Positions 1 to 18,756 of a stretch of 64,000 nt of DNA are shown here, in pieces. Position 1 is the stretch's first letter, and each line of letters starts with the position of its first letter. The notes below the pieces were generated by a model, which did not search any database, was not told the origin of the DNA, and saw nothing but the letters and a program-made list of their open reading frames with translations. This stretch comes from the human T2T-CHM13v2.0 reference genome, Homo sapiens: NCBI RefSeq assembly GCF_009914755.1, contig NC_060947.1. The stretch is one strand, 5' to 3'. Both the position numbers and the translations under genes were made by a program.

Positions 1-1538
1 CAGAAGGTGAGGAGTATCTATATTTTATTGAGGCAATTTTTCCAAATTTGGCAATCTTTCAGGATGACTCCTCTATTCCTTTGCCATGACTTCATCTTTT
101 TTTTTTTTTTTTCCTCAATTCCTTACTTTCTGGTGCTATGAGATTCTCCAGGCCCATCTTGTATTTCCCCTGCCTTGGTCCTAGAATCAGTTATTTCTCC
201 AAGTAGCTCTAGTTCCTTTTATTGGAGAATGATATTAGAATCCAAGGTCTTAGCATTGGGTGTGCTTGTTGCTACTAGGGTACTATTGCTTCTAGGCCCT
301 CTCAGGACACAGGGCTAGGAACTATACATATGTATACTGACTCATGTATATACGCACATGTAATTATTTTTGTATCTATTCACCTCTATCAATATTAAGT
401 TAAACTTGAGTACATACCGATGTCTCTGAATCGAATCCAGTACCACATAGTTCATCCTAGCCTTCTTGATTATTTGTACTTCCCACCTACAGTTCATTTA
501 CTTATTTTTTCAATCTTAGTATACATGTATGGCTGTTTCAGAATTGTCTACACATATCCCCTTGAGAAACAACTTTGCCAATTAGAGTACAATATTTATG
601 TATAGTTTCTTTATATTTTGTTTTATATTTTCCAGAAGAAACACTGTTTCGCAAAGTTACTTTGAGACTATATGGTCTTTTAAAGTTTGGTAGCATTTCC
701 CTGTGAAACTATCTGGGGATTGATACTTTTTGGTAAGTAGTTCCTTATAATTTTCTCTATTTCTTCTTTTTAAAAAATGTTCTCTCTTTCTTCTATGAAG
801 ATTGAGCTCTTCAATTTTCATATCTCTAATAAAGTTGTTTTTCGTAATCTTTACTTTGCTAGGAAATTATCTCTATCATCTAGATTTTGAAATTTGTTTG
901 CACAGAGGTCTGCAAAGTAGTCTCTTATAATGTCTTAAATTTCTTCTAATAGTTATTTCCCCATTCTTTATTTTGCATACTTTTGCTTTCTCTGTTTTAT
1001 TTCAATTAATGTAGCTAATGGTTTGTCTGTATTATCAATCTTTTAAAAAATAAAGGTTTTGATTCGTTAACTAGGTCTATGCTATTTCTATTCTTTTGTT
1101 AATTCTTACTTTTTTTGTTAATCTCTTGTGTTCTTTTACTTAATTTGTTGTACTTATTCTAAGTTTCTTTCTGTTTTTTGCTGGTGCTCTACCAAGATCC
1201 ATTTGGACATTTTTTTTTAAGTTGTGTTAAAAACACATAGCTTAAAACTCATCACCTTAACTATTTTGAAGCAGAGAGTTGAGAAGTGTCAAGTATATTC
1301 ACATTGTTGTGCACATTTTAAAAATTTTTGTTAGTTCAATATTTAATCAATTTATTTTCAATCTTTTATTTTTACTAATAGCAGTGTTTAGTTATAAAAT
1401 TTCCTCTGATCACTGCTTTATATTTATCCCATGGATTCTGATATGAAGTGTTTACATCATCATTATTTGTTTTAGAGATCATGTAGTTTTGGTTTATATT
1501 TTTCTTTTAAACCAAGAGTTAATTGAAGGTTTTTAAAA

Positions 1539-1998
1539 TTTATTTTTTAAATGTATAATGGGCACATAATTGTACATATATATGGGATACAATGTGGTGT
1601 TTCAATGCATGTACACACAGTATAATGATCAAATAGGCGTAATTACCATATCCACCACTATAAACATTTGTTATTTCTTTGTGGTGACATTTAAAAACCT
1701 GCTTTTCTAGCTATCTTGAAATACATGCTACATTATTATTTGCTATAGTCACCCTACTGTGGTGAATACCAAAATTTATTCTTCCTAGGTGTAACTTTAT
1801 ACCCATTGACCAACATCTTTCAGTGCCTCTGCCTTCTTTCTCTCCCTAGCCCCTGGTAACCACGATTCTACCCTCTACTTGTGTGAGATCAACTTTTTAA
1901 AATTCCACATATGAGTGAGATCAACTTTTTAAAATTCCACATATGAGTGAGATCATGTGGTGTTTGTCTTTCTGTGCCTGGCTTATTTCATTTAACAT
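1539..1998 (-). mobile_element. L1MA-type 3' end fragment within the probable CLIC2 3' UTR
   Basis: Typical L1MA 3' UTR/ORF2-end sequence (ccacatatgagtgagatcatg...tctttctgtgcctggcttatttcatttaacat). Confidence 0.75.
1883..1955. repeat. Perfect 32-bp tandem duplication
   Basis: GTGAGATCAACTTTTTAAAATTCCACATATGA at 1883-1914 and 1915-1946, followed by GTGAGATCA. Confidence 0.95.
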
Positions 1999-3214
1999 TT
2001 CAAATGTATTCTATCAATTGTAACTTGCTAGTGCATTGCATGTATTCTGAAATATACTGATGACAGGATGTATCTCAAAGATTATCAACATGATTGCATT
2101 TCTCTGCCACCTAACCATACACTATACATTTATCTTGACTCTATGGTTTTCAAGGACAGTACTTTGAGTTTGCTCATTGCCTTACTTTTCTTTGAACCTA
2201 TTAAAACGCTACTTCATTTAAATTTTATCTAAACTCCACCCTTCCACCAAAGCCTAAAATATTTTCCTTTTTTGAAGCTGCACTTATGCTTGTGTTTCTC
2301 TTTTGAGGGAGCAAGAGTTAAGTTCAGCTTTTGTTTCCAGATTTGAATGATTTAAGAGTACTTTAACAAGTGAATCTGAATACGTATAGTAATGTAACAT
2401 TTTAACTTTTGTAGAAAGTTTTGTAATTATCTAAGGACTGTTTACCTTATCCTTTTATGGACAACAAGAAGACCTTTTGGTCAGCCACAGTTTTTATTTT
2501 CCTTTTCATTTCTATGAATAAAAGATTCAGTTGACTTTGTTTCTTATATTGTTTTTTAAAATTATGTTTTATTTAATGAGTGCTTCTTCATTTAAAAATA
2601 ATATAATCTGGTCACAAAGGCTACATTCTCATCTCTGACCATGAGGTGGTCATAGTTCTAGGCGTCAAATGCTGTTCTATGACCAATTGATCTTGAGCTC
2701 TTCCTAGAGCTGATTTTAAAAATCATTCTTTAAGAATTTGCCTCTCTGATATGCTCACTCTCTGTATTTATTATTTATATCAGAAATAAACTCATGTATA
2801 TATTAAACTAACAAAAATGTGAAATTATTTTAGCGATTTATATGGAAATGTTTCTAAGGAGCAGGGTGAGATTGTACCTCTACTTATGACATTTATAACT
2901 GCAGACATCTGTTTAGCTTATATGTATGCATTCCAGGAATTCAAGCAAAGGGCAAAAGATTGTGATGCTTTCCATGTCATTCAGGATTGCAGTGGTTTGC
3001 CATACAGATAAAGAAAATTAAGTAAAAGTATGAAGACCTGTAAAATACAGTGGACAGATTATTTATGGCTAATAGAAAATACAGAGTTCCTTTTCATAAG
3101 AGAGTTGGATAGAAGAAACAGTATTTTTCATATTCTTATTTGCAAAAACCTTTCTAATATGTCAATAAGTAAAATCTGATCACAAATATAGCCTTTTCTC
3201 CTGTAAGAGCTCTC

Positions 3215-3376
3215 CTAACTCTTCTGTTTAGCCACATTTGCGTAAGTATTTTCAATTTCTTTGTCTTCAGGACACGTGTGGGTAAATTCTTCACGGGCAT
3301 AGGCATTGTGGAGATAACGCCAGACTCCTGAGAATTCTGCTGGAATGTCAAAGTCACGATATTTCTTGGCAGCAAC
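3215..3376 (-). CDS. CLIC2: CLIC2 coding exon 6 ([53 protein letters not shown])
   Basis: Acceptor AG 3377-3378, TAG stop at 3215-3217. Total CDS 744 nt = 247 aa plus stop. Confidence 0.97.
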   Translation of the reverse strand, partial: VAAKKYRDFDIPAEFSGVWRYLHNAYAREEFTHTCPEDKEIENTYANVAKQKS

Positions 3377-3816
3377 CTAGAATTTTGCAAAAAAAAGAGG
3401 AAAAAGAAGGCATCAGTAATATGCCTACTATGTAGAAATGTTTCTTAGAAGTCAAGATTATCAAAGGCATCTTATCGACACAAAAAGCACTATAAAATAA
3501 ACTATGAAGTAGACACGAATCTTGGACTATTTTGATGTTTTGTCTACAAATGTTGACAAAACTACATGCTTACAATCATGTTGATATTGATTCTGTATTT
3601 AATTATGACTATATTTAGAGGAAGGAACCACAGAAAATGAGCACATATCCACCACGACTAGACTAAGAGTTTATTTAGAGTCCTATGTCTTCTTTCTTTA
3701 CATATTCTCTGTGTTTGGCATAGGACTCAAAGAGTAAATTCTGTGTAAGTCTATGCAATAAATATTTATTAAATTTATGATTAATTCATCATAATACTAA
3801 TAGCCCAAATTGGTTA

Positions 3817-4260
<444 letters not shown>

Positions 4261-4460
4261 AGAAACAAGTTTTAATACTTCCCAGAAGAGAACATTATGG
4301 ATCTTCCCTCTAAAGAGAAAAGAGATGTATATAGTACACATGATGATGATGATAATGACAAAGCTATAATATAATAATACCGCACTGGAAGGTCACTATG
4401 CTTTGTGCTGGCAACTGGCAAACCCCTCCCACCCATTCAGCCTGCCTTATAAAGACTTAC

Positions 4461-4642
4461 TTTAATAATGTTCAGCTTGGGTAACAAGCTACAATCAGCC
4501 AGTGTTAGCTGGTCCCCATCCAAGAATAGTCTTCTGGAAACTGGGGGTTCCTCAGCACTGTCTGGATCAATTTCATCCAGAAGTGGGGTGTTTAAGTAGT
4601 CATCCAGACGCTTGAATTCTTTGAGCAGAGATTTTTCAAAAT
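4461..4642 (-). CDS. CLIC2: CLIC2 coding exon 5 ([60 protein letters not shown])
   Basis: Acceptor AG 4643-4644, donor GTAAGT 4455-4460, 182 nt. GST-fold motif LTLADC. Confidence 0.97.
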
Positions 4643-5273
4643 CTGAGGCAATGAAGTAATAGAGTTACTTGTAAATGTATTGTCTTTTGACTAAATACAT
4701 TCTAAATATGCTTTCCACACATTTAGACACCTCTATCTATACATACTACTTACACTGGCTCTTCAATATCTAGTTAACTATTTAGAATGCTCAGCTACTC
4801 ACTGATAAGACAAAGTAAGATGAAATAGTGAGTGTTAATCTTTTGGGCTTTTCTTAGGGAGGTGCATTGGCAGGAGAGTAAAAGAAAGAAAGAAAAGTGA
4901 TCAGAAGAGTTAGAAAGTGAAAGAAAAAACACAGTTCTTGTGACTCAGAGGATAATAAATCTATTTAAGAATGTTCATGGGAAATGGTAGGTGCCACAGT
5001 TTAAGAAACCTTAAAGGTACACAGTCCTGCAGTTAGTTCACACCTAGTATGTCAATATTCTAATTGAGCTATGGTTGGTAATAGCTATATTGAATCTTGA
5101 GTTCTAAATCTAATACAACTTCATGCGAGGGAATTTCAGAGGAGAGTATAGAGAATGAGGGGAAGACTAGGCCAGTCCCCAAAATATACTATATATTCAG
5201 GAAAATTCTATTTTTGCTGAGTGAGAAGATGAAGAGTGAGAGAAAAATAGAGATTTAAAGAAAGGTATCTTAC

Positions 5274-5380
5274 TCTTATTTGCCTCCTTTTGTGTATTCT
5301 TAATGTATGCAGAAAACTTGGCAAAGAGGTTACAGCCCACATCAAAAGACTCCTTGTACTTGGGACTCAGGTGAGGGTAC
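5274..5380 (-). CDS. CLIC2: CLIC2 coding exon 4 (YPHLSPKYKESFDVGCNLFAKFSAYIKNTQKEANK)
   Basis: Acceptor AG 5381-5382, donor GTAAG at 5269-5273, 107 nt. Visible in ORF 5197..5415. Encodes H101 and S109. Confidence 0.97.
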
Positions 5381-5622
5381 CTTAAAAAGAAACATGCGTC
5401 AACTATCATTTGCACATAACATGACAGAGACCAGGTGCCCTAGCTTGCACTATACTGAAAATGGAAGTTCTGGAACATTGTGCTGGAAACTAAACACCCT
5501 TAGAAGTCTCTCAGTAGAAGTTTATATTTTTTCCAATCTCAGAACACTTTGGTTTCTAAAGTTCACAGGGTAATCAGTTGTCTGGAATCCAAAGCTCATT
5601 TATCTGTAGAAACAATGTTTCA

Positions 5623-6042
<420 letters not shown>

Positions 6043-6194
6043 TTACAACTTATAAAACAAATGGTGGAATAAATAGGATGGAGAAAATGGGAAAAAAGTA
6101 GCCAATATAATTCACCACATTAACAAATCAAATAAGAAAACCCATTTGATAATGACTAGATGCAGAAAAGTATTCAATAAAAAATCAGCACCTC

Positions 6195-6800
6195 ATGGAG
6201 ATATCTGTGCTGCCATGTTCACTGCAGCATTATTCACAAAAGCTAACATATAGAAACAACCTAAGTTCCCATCAACAGATGAATGGATATAGAAATTGTG
6301 AGATATATATATATATATATATATATATGTAATAGAATATTAATCAGCCTTAAAAAGAATGAAATCCTGTCATTTGCAACAACGTGGATGAGCCTGGAGG
6401 ACGTTATGTTAAGTGAAATAAGCCAGGCACAGAAAGACAAATACTCCATGATCTCACTTATGTGTGGCATCTTTAAGAGGTCAAATATATAGAAAAAAGA
6501 ATAGAGCAGTGATTACCGGGGCAGTGGGGGGAGGAAAGAGGGAGATGTAGGTCGAAGGGTACAAAGTTGCAGTTATGTAGAATGAGTAAGTCTAGAGATA
6601 TAATGTATAATATGAGGACTAATAATATTGTATACTGAAAATTTGCAAAGGGTAGATTTTAGGTGCTCTTACCATATAAAAAAGATAACTATATGAAGCG
6701 ATGGATATGTTAATTTACTTGACTGTAGTAATCATTTCACTATATATATGTATATCAAGACATCATGTGATATACCTTAAATATATACAATACAAACAAA
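6195..6800 (+). mobile_element. Old L1 (L1MA/MB) 3' end with an (AT)n tract at 6303-6328
   Basis: ORF2 C-terminal remnant (NEILSFATTWMSLEDVMLSEISQAQKDKY) followed by 3' UTR. Confidence 0.8.
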
Positions 6801-6854
6801 GGCTAAAACACTCAATTCCTTTTCATAAAAAAAAATTCACTGGAAGCTAGAAAT

Positions 6855-7670
6855 GGTCAGGTCAAAAACTTAGGTATCTTCCTTGATTCCTCTCTTTCCT
6901 TCTAACTCCACATTTGATCTATTAGCAACTCTGGTCAGCTTACCTTTCAAAATGTATCCAGAATCTGTCCACCCCCGCGCCCCTGCCCAGTCCAAAGCCT
7001 ATATTACTGTAACAGCCTCCTGACTATTCTCCCTATTCCCATACTTGTCCCTCATACACCTGGAATATTCTCCACCCATAGACAGAGCAATCATGTTAAA
7101 ATGTAAGTCATGTCATGTCTTTCCCCTACTCATTAGCCTGCAATGTCCTCATCTCAGAGTTAGAGCCCAAGTGCTCATAGTGGTCTACAAGGACCCACAT
7201 GATATGAACCACCTTCTTTCCCACCCAGTCTATTAACCACCCAGAAGCCAGAGTGATGGCTTTCCCCTACTCAGTAGTCTGCAGTCGTCTCATCTTACCG
7301 AGTCACAGCCTAACTCATTACAGTAGCCTATAAGGATCCACATGATGTGATCCCACCTTACCTCTCTTCTCTCATATCCCTCACTCGCTCAATTATGACA
7401 CAGACCTTCTTGCTACCATTCAAATAGGCCTGGAAAGCTCCTACCCCAGAGCCTTTTAACTTGGTCTGCCCGTAGGTGAGGGGGACACATGGACATCCCT
7501 TGCTCCCACTTTTCTTTCAGGTCTTTTTCATGGGTATCTCTTTCTAAGTGAAGCCTTTCTCTGGACGCTCAATTGTAACGTTGCAACATCACTCCTTTCC
7601 CTAACATCACTACTTCTCTTTTTTGCTTTATTTTTCACCTTAGCAGGACAGTTTTAAATTACCTGTGTTA
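6855..7670. mobile_element. L2 LINE remnant
   Basis: Diverged L2-like motifs (atcttccttgattcctctctttcc, aaaatgtatccagaatctg, aaaatgtaagtcatgtcatgtc). Confidence 0.6.
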
Positions 7671-7789
7671 TGCCTTCTCCAACCCACAGTATGGAGAGAG
7701 ATGCCCTTTGCTTGGGAGAAGAAGAGGTAAGTGAACACCAGACTTTGCCTCAGACCCAAACACTGGGCCCAACACAGTAAAGTCTAGCC

Positions 7790-8415
7790 CTGGACAGGCC
7801 ATGATTACCCCAGACTTTAGGCTGGTCCCCACAGACTTGGGCAGTAGGCCAGCCCTTGTAGCCCCAATGTCCAGGCCATCCCTGCAGATGTAGTCTCCCA
7901 GCCCTGGGCCAGTAGCCCCAGACTCCAGACTTCCTTCAGCACCAGATCATACCTCCAGGCTTGCACCCCTCCAAGACAGCCCCTTTGCTTCAGGACAGCC
8001 ACTGTACCCCCAGACTCAGCTTTCAGGCCCTCTCCATCACAAGACTAGCACCTTTGGACCCCAGTTTAAGGCCAATACCCACAGACCCAGTATCCAGACC
8101 AACTCAGCTCCAGGCTGGCCTTCACACTCCCAGGCTTTGGGTCTGTCCCAGTGCCACGTTGACACCCATGGACCTCAGCTCCAGGCTGGCCCCCATGGCC
8201 ACAGGTACCAGGTCAGCATCCAAACATTCAGCCTCCAATACAGCCCTCATGGGTACAGACTCCAGGCCATCCCTGGTGGCCCCAGATTTCAGGCTGGCCC
8301 ATTCAAGCTCAGGCTTCAGGCCCAGACCAGGCTCCAACCGAGTCCAAAAAAGGCTGACCCACAGAGCCCCAGGCTTCAGGCCCGACCCAGAACTAAGCTG
8401 GCTTCTTCAACCCCA
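7790..8415 (+). repeat. C-rich degenerate tandem array, probably the 5' UTR repeat region of an ancient L1M
   Basis: Recurrent ccaggctccaggctggccccc/gacccag-type units, followed directly by an L1 ORF2 endonuclease-region fragment (8426-8560). Confidence 0.6.
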
Positions 8416-8734
8416 GATTTTGGGCAACTGTAGCAGAATACACATTATTTTCAAGTGCATACAGAATATTCACCAGGATAGATCATATGTTAGGCCACAA
8501 AACAATTCTTAACCACTTAAGAAGATTGAAATTACATCAATTATTTTTTCCAACCACAATGAACATCCTTGTCTTGTTTCTGATCTTAAGGGGAAAAACT
8601 TCAGTCCTTCACTATTGAGTACAATGTCAGCTGTGGGTTTTTCTTTTTGTTGTTGTTGTTTTATTGAGTATTTTATTATGTCAGGAATTGTGCTAAATGC
8701 TATAAATGTATGATCGTATTTCTTCTATGCAATG

Positions 8735-8990
8735 TATTTTTTTCATTTCTTTTTTTATTATACTTTAAGTTCTAGGGTACATGTGCACAACATGCAGGTT
8801 TGTCACATATGCATACATGTGCCATGTTGGTGTGCTGCGCCCATTAGGTATATCTCCTAATGCTATCCCTCCCCACCCTCCGACAGGCCCCGGTGTGTGA
8901 TGTTCCATCCTGTGTCCAAGTGTTCTCATTGTTCAATTTCCACCTATGAGTGAGAACATGCGGTGTTTGGTTTTTTGTCCTTGCCATACT
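8735..8990 (-). mobile_element. 5'-truncated L1PA 3' end
   Basis: ttattatactttaagttctagggtacatgtgcacaac... is the L1PA 3' UTR in reverse. Confidence 0.88.
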
Positions 8991-9568
8991 TTCTTGTTTC
9001 CTCACATGCCTCAGTTTTTTTTTTTTCTTGAAAACCAGATGTTTTGAATGTTATAATGTAGAAACTCTGGAAATCTGATTGATTCTCCCAGTCCCCTGGT
9101 CTTGTTGTTGCTGCTTATTGTGGTTGTTGTTGGTTTAGTTAATTTTCTTAACTAATTTTGTAAAGCCTATATTTTTTTGGTATGTGTGGCCTCTGAAATA
9201 TTTGTTCCATTAGCTTTAGTCAGTTATTGATTTTACAGAGATTTTATTAAACTCCTGGAAGCAAAACAAAGAAACAAACTATGAAAACAAAAAGCTTTCT
9301 TAGTTTTTGAGGGTTGGTTCTGTGTTGGGGCTCTCCTTCATTGCTTAGCTATACAGTTTAAAGTTCTGCCTTTGCCTTCATTTTCTGCTTGTGCAGTGCC
9401 TGAAATTTAGCCAGAATTGAGAGCCTAGTCTTCTCAGTTCTTTTGTGAGCACACATCTAGAAATGGGTCCATGCATAGTCTTCTATAGTCCTCAGAATAC
9501 ATAAAATGTTTTGAAGCCATTATTTCCCTAAGCATCCCCCAAGTATCTCAGCCTCTTTCTCCCTGGGA

Positions 9569-9873
<305 letters not shown>

Positions 9874-11136
9874 CCTTCCTGGGATTTTTCCATTTGTCTA
9901 TTGCTTTTCCCAGATGTTATTCCTTGTTCTGTGTAGCTGTGACTAATACATTTGCTTTAAAATTCTTTCCACAACCAGCACCAGGGAAGGTGCCTCAGCC
10001 CTGGGGAAGCTCTAGTGCAGGTGATAAAAAGGTAAACCATTGAGGTAATCCTTCAGGGAACCACCAGATAGATCAAACTACACAATCACAGTTCATTGAA
10101 AATAAGGTCAATATCGCTTCCTCTGGTACCAGTAACCTGCACCTGCAATATAAGCTGCCATTTTTAAGACTATTGATGGGCTGAGGGTTGGAGGATGGTC
10201 TCAAGGTAACCAAAAATGCCACAGAACTCTCACTGAAATTTAAATTTTTTATTCATTAAGTGTTCTCCTGGCTGCTGTAATTTTTGCTTAGATTCCAGAG
10301 TTCTGAAAAAGTTGCTTCTGACAGTTTTGCCAGCCTATTCATTGCTTTTATGAAAGAATGGAGTTCTGGAATTCCCTACTCCACCATTTCCATTAATGTG
10401 GGTGTTTACAAGGCTTTTAAAAAGTAGATAAAACAAAGTTCATATGGAAGGGTTCCCATATCCAGCAATATGGAAGACTAACCGTTGTGGAGGGCCTTGT
10501 AAAAAGACAATTCCTTTTAGCAGTGTTTGTAACAATAAAACGTAGAAACAATATTTCAGTCCTTTTTCAAGTCATGGTAACTATTATGAACTAGTATGAA
10601 CCAGTGGTTGTTGTGTGTTATCGAATCTTCACTTTTAAAAATGGGTGTGTCAAAGAGTGGGTGGAGATAATTTTTAATATATTTGACTGCTTGACCATTA
10701 GTATCTAATGGAGATATTGCACATCATCCAAAGGTACTGGACTTTAAGCCGACTGTAGTAACTGTGTGTTCCATATGTGAGAAGAGGGATACATACATTT
10801 ATTTGGGTGGTCAGAGGGGCAAACTATGGCAGATAACACACTTATATACCACTACTTAGATCTAACCACATGAATTACCTCTGGACAATGAGCTGTAAAT
10901 GGAAATTTTTGGGTGTGGCTTCTGTGAAAACTCCTTAGAGCTGACTTGTATATTAGATCTGTTGCCTGGAGTTCCAGCAGACATATTGTCACCATGAGTT
11001 AACTTTGAGACTGGAAGCCTCACTTGAAGGATGGCAGAGAAGAAAGATTAGGAGTTGAAATCCCTAATGAAATTACGGAGCTATCATCCTAGGTTCATTC
11101 TGAGTTTCTTATGTGAGAAAAATAAAAACCATATTT

Positions 11137-11277
11137 CTTTCTTTCTTTTTTTTTTATTTTGGTTTTAAGGAGCGGAGAGTTTAATAGGCAAGAAGGAAGG
11201 GAGAAGACAGAAGGAAGAAACTCCCCCATACCGAGACAGAGGGAGGGGGGCTCCAAAGCCGAAAGAGGAGGCCCCCC
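11137..11277 (-). mobile_element. Polyadenylated ERV LTR fragment (LTR10/HERV-I-like) inserted as an L1-mediated retrocopy
   Basis: Minus strand reads ...cttgcctATTAAActctccgctccttaaaacc plus an A-rich tail. Perfect 13-bp TSD aaaaaccatattt at 11124-11136 and 11278-11290. Family call from memory. Confidence 0.7.
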
Positions 11278-12636
11278 AAAAACCATATTTATTTCATTAA
11301 AAAAATTTATTTTAGTTTCGGATACATGTGAAGGTTTGTTACATAGGTGAACTCATGTCATGGGAATTTGCTGTACAGATTATTTCATCACCAAGGTATT
11401 AAGCTCAGTACCCAGTTGTTATCTTTTCTGCTCCTTTCCCTCCTCCAACCCTCCACCCTCAAGAACACCCCAGTGTGTATTGTTCCCTTCTTTGTGTTCA
11501 TGAGTTCTCATCATTTAGCTCCCGCTTATATATGCGAACATGTAGTATTGGATTTCTGTTCCTGTGTTAGTTTGCTAAGAATAATAGCCTGTAGCTCCAT
11601 CCATGTTCCTGCAAAAGACACGATCTCATTCTTTTCTATGGCTACATACTATTCCATGGTATATATGTACCACCTTTTCTTTATTCAGTCTGTCATTGAT
11701 GGGCATTTGGGTTGATTCCATGTCTTTGTCATTGTGAATAGTGCTGCAATGAACATTCTCATGCACGTGTCTTTATGGTAGAATGATTTATATTCCTCTG
11801 GGTATATATCCAGTAATGGGATTGCTGGGTCAAATGGTAGTTCTGCTGTTAGCTCTTTGAAGAATCACTACACTATCTTCCACAATGGTTGCACTAGTTT
11901 ACACTCCCACTGACAGTGTATAAGTGTTTGCTTTTCTCCACAACCTTGCCAGCATCTGCTATTTCTTGACTTTTTATTTTTATTTTTAGCCATTCTGACT
12001 TGTGTGAGATGGTATATCATTGTGGTTTTGATTTGCATTTCTCCAATGATCACTAATGAGCTTTTTTCATATGCTAATTTGCCCCATGTATGTCTGTTCA
12101 TCTGTTCATGTCCTTTGCCCACATTTGAATGCGATTTTTTTCTTGTAAATTTATTTAAGCTCCTTATAGACACTGGATATTAGACCTTTGTTAGATGCAT
12201 AGTTTGTAAAAATTTTCTTCCATTCTGTAGGTTGTCTGTTTACTCTGTTGATTGTTTCTTTTGCTGTGTAGAAGCTCTTTCATTTAATTAAATCCCATTT
12301 GTCAATTTTTGCTTTTGTTGCAATTGCTTTTGACATCTTTGTCATGAAATCTTTGCCTGTTCCTATGTCTAGGATGGCATTGCCTAGGTTGTCTTCTGGG
12401 TTTTTGTAGTTTTGGGTTTTACACTTAAGTCTTTAATCCATCTTGATTTTTGTATATGGTATAAGGAACGGGTCCAGCTTCAATCGTCTGCATAGGGCTA
12501 GCCAGCCCAGCACCATTTATTGAACAGGGAGTGCTTTCCCCATTGCTTTTGTCAGCTTTGTCAAAAATCACATGGTTGTAGGTGTGCGGCCTTATTACTG
12601 GGCTCTCTATTATGTCCCATTGGTCTATGTGCCTGT

Positions 12637-12930
12637 TTTTTTCTTTCTTTCTTTCTTTTTTTCTTTTGAGACAGAGTTTCACTCTGTTGCCCAGGCTGGA
12701 GTGCAATGACGTGATCTTGGCTCACTGCAACCTCCATCTCTCAGGTTCAAGCAATTCTCCTGCCTTGGTCTCCTGAGTAGGTGGGATTACAGGCGTGTGT
12801 CACCAAGCCTGGCTAACTTTTGTATTTTTAGTAGAGATGGGGTTTCACCATGTTGGCCAGGCTGATCTGGAACAGCTGACCTCAGGTGATCCACCTGCCT
12901 CGGCCTCCAAAAGTGCAGGGATTACAGGTG
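12637..12930 (-). mobile_element. Alu (AluS-like) inside L1
   Basis: Reverse Alu, slightly 5'-truncated, T-rich tail. Confidence 0.9.
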
Positions 12931-13487
12931 TTGTATCAGTACCATGCTGTGTTTTGCTTACTGTAGCCTTGCAGTATAGTTCGAAGTTGGCTAATGCGAT
13001 ACTTCCAGCTTTGTTATTTTTGCTTAGAATTGCCTTGGCTATTCGGGCTCTTTTTTGGTTTCATAAGAATTTTAAAATAGTTTTTTCTAGTTCTGTGAAG
13101 AATGTCATTGTTAGTTTGTTAGAAATAACACTGAATCTTTAGATTGCTTTGGGCAGTATGGTCATTTTGTTGATATTGATTCTTCCTATCCATGAGCATG
13201 GGATATTTTTCCATTTGTTTGTGTCTTCTCTTATTTCTTTGAGCAGTGTTTTGTAATTCTCATTGTAGATATCCTTCACCTCCTGAGTTAGCTGTATTCC
13301 CAGGTATTTTATTTTTTTGTGTGTGGCAATTGTGAATGGGATTGCCTTCCCAATTGGGCTCTCAGCTTGGCTGATGTTGATGTATAGAAATGCAAGTGAT
13401 TTTTGTACATTGATTTTGCATCCTGAAACTTTGCCAAAGTTGTTTATCAGCTGAAGGACCTATTGGGTTGAGAGTATGGGGTTTTCT

Positions 13488-16735
<3,248 letters not shown>

Positions 16736-17191
16736 GAGTATGGGGTTTTCTAGATATGGAATCATGTCGTCTGCAAACAGGGATAGTTTGACTTTCTATG
16801 TTCCTATTTAGATGCCCTTTATTTCTTTCTCTTGCCTCACTGCTCTGGCTAGAACTTCCAATACTATTTTAAATAAGAGTGGTAAGAAGGGCATCCTTGT
16901 CCTGTGCCTCTTTTAAAGTGGAATGCTTCCAGCTTTTGCCTATTCAGTATGAAGCTAATAGAAAATCAGACGGATTTGACAAGATGATTCACAGGAGAAC
17001 AAAACCAAATGATCAAACAACATAGGTAAAGATGCTTAAATGTATCTATCATTCAAGGAAATACAAGTTAAGTATCAATGAGATGTCACTACACCTGTTA
17101 TATTGGCACAGATGTAAAAAGAGTGCTAATGCCTAGTATTACAGATATGTTGGGAAAGAGTATGCTGAATAAAACAGATATTTAAAAAAAT

Positions 17192-18756
<1,565 letters not shown>

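Larger units (their letters stand above)
1520..3214 (-). other. CLIC2: CLIC2 3' UTR (approximate extent), candidate AATAAA signals at 2767-2772, 2568-2573, 2493-2498 and 1539-1544
   Basis: AT-rich sequence downstream of the stop with tttatt hexamers on +. The cleavage site actually used cannot be read from sequence. Confidence 0.55.

Noticed and set aside
7961-8512. 183-aa Pro/Ser-rich ORF as a novel gene
   Set aside because: It lacks an ATG at the called start, lies in a stop-poor C-rich degenerate repeat and runs into L1 sequence.
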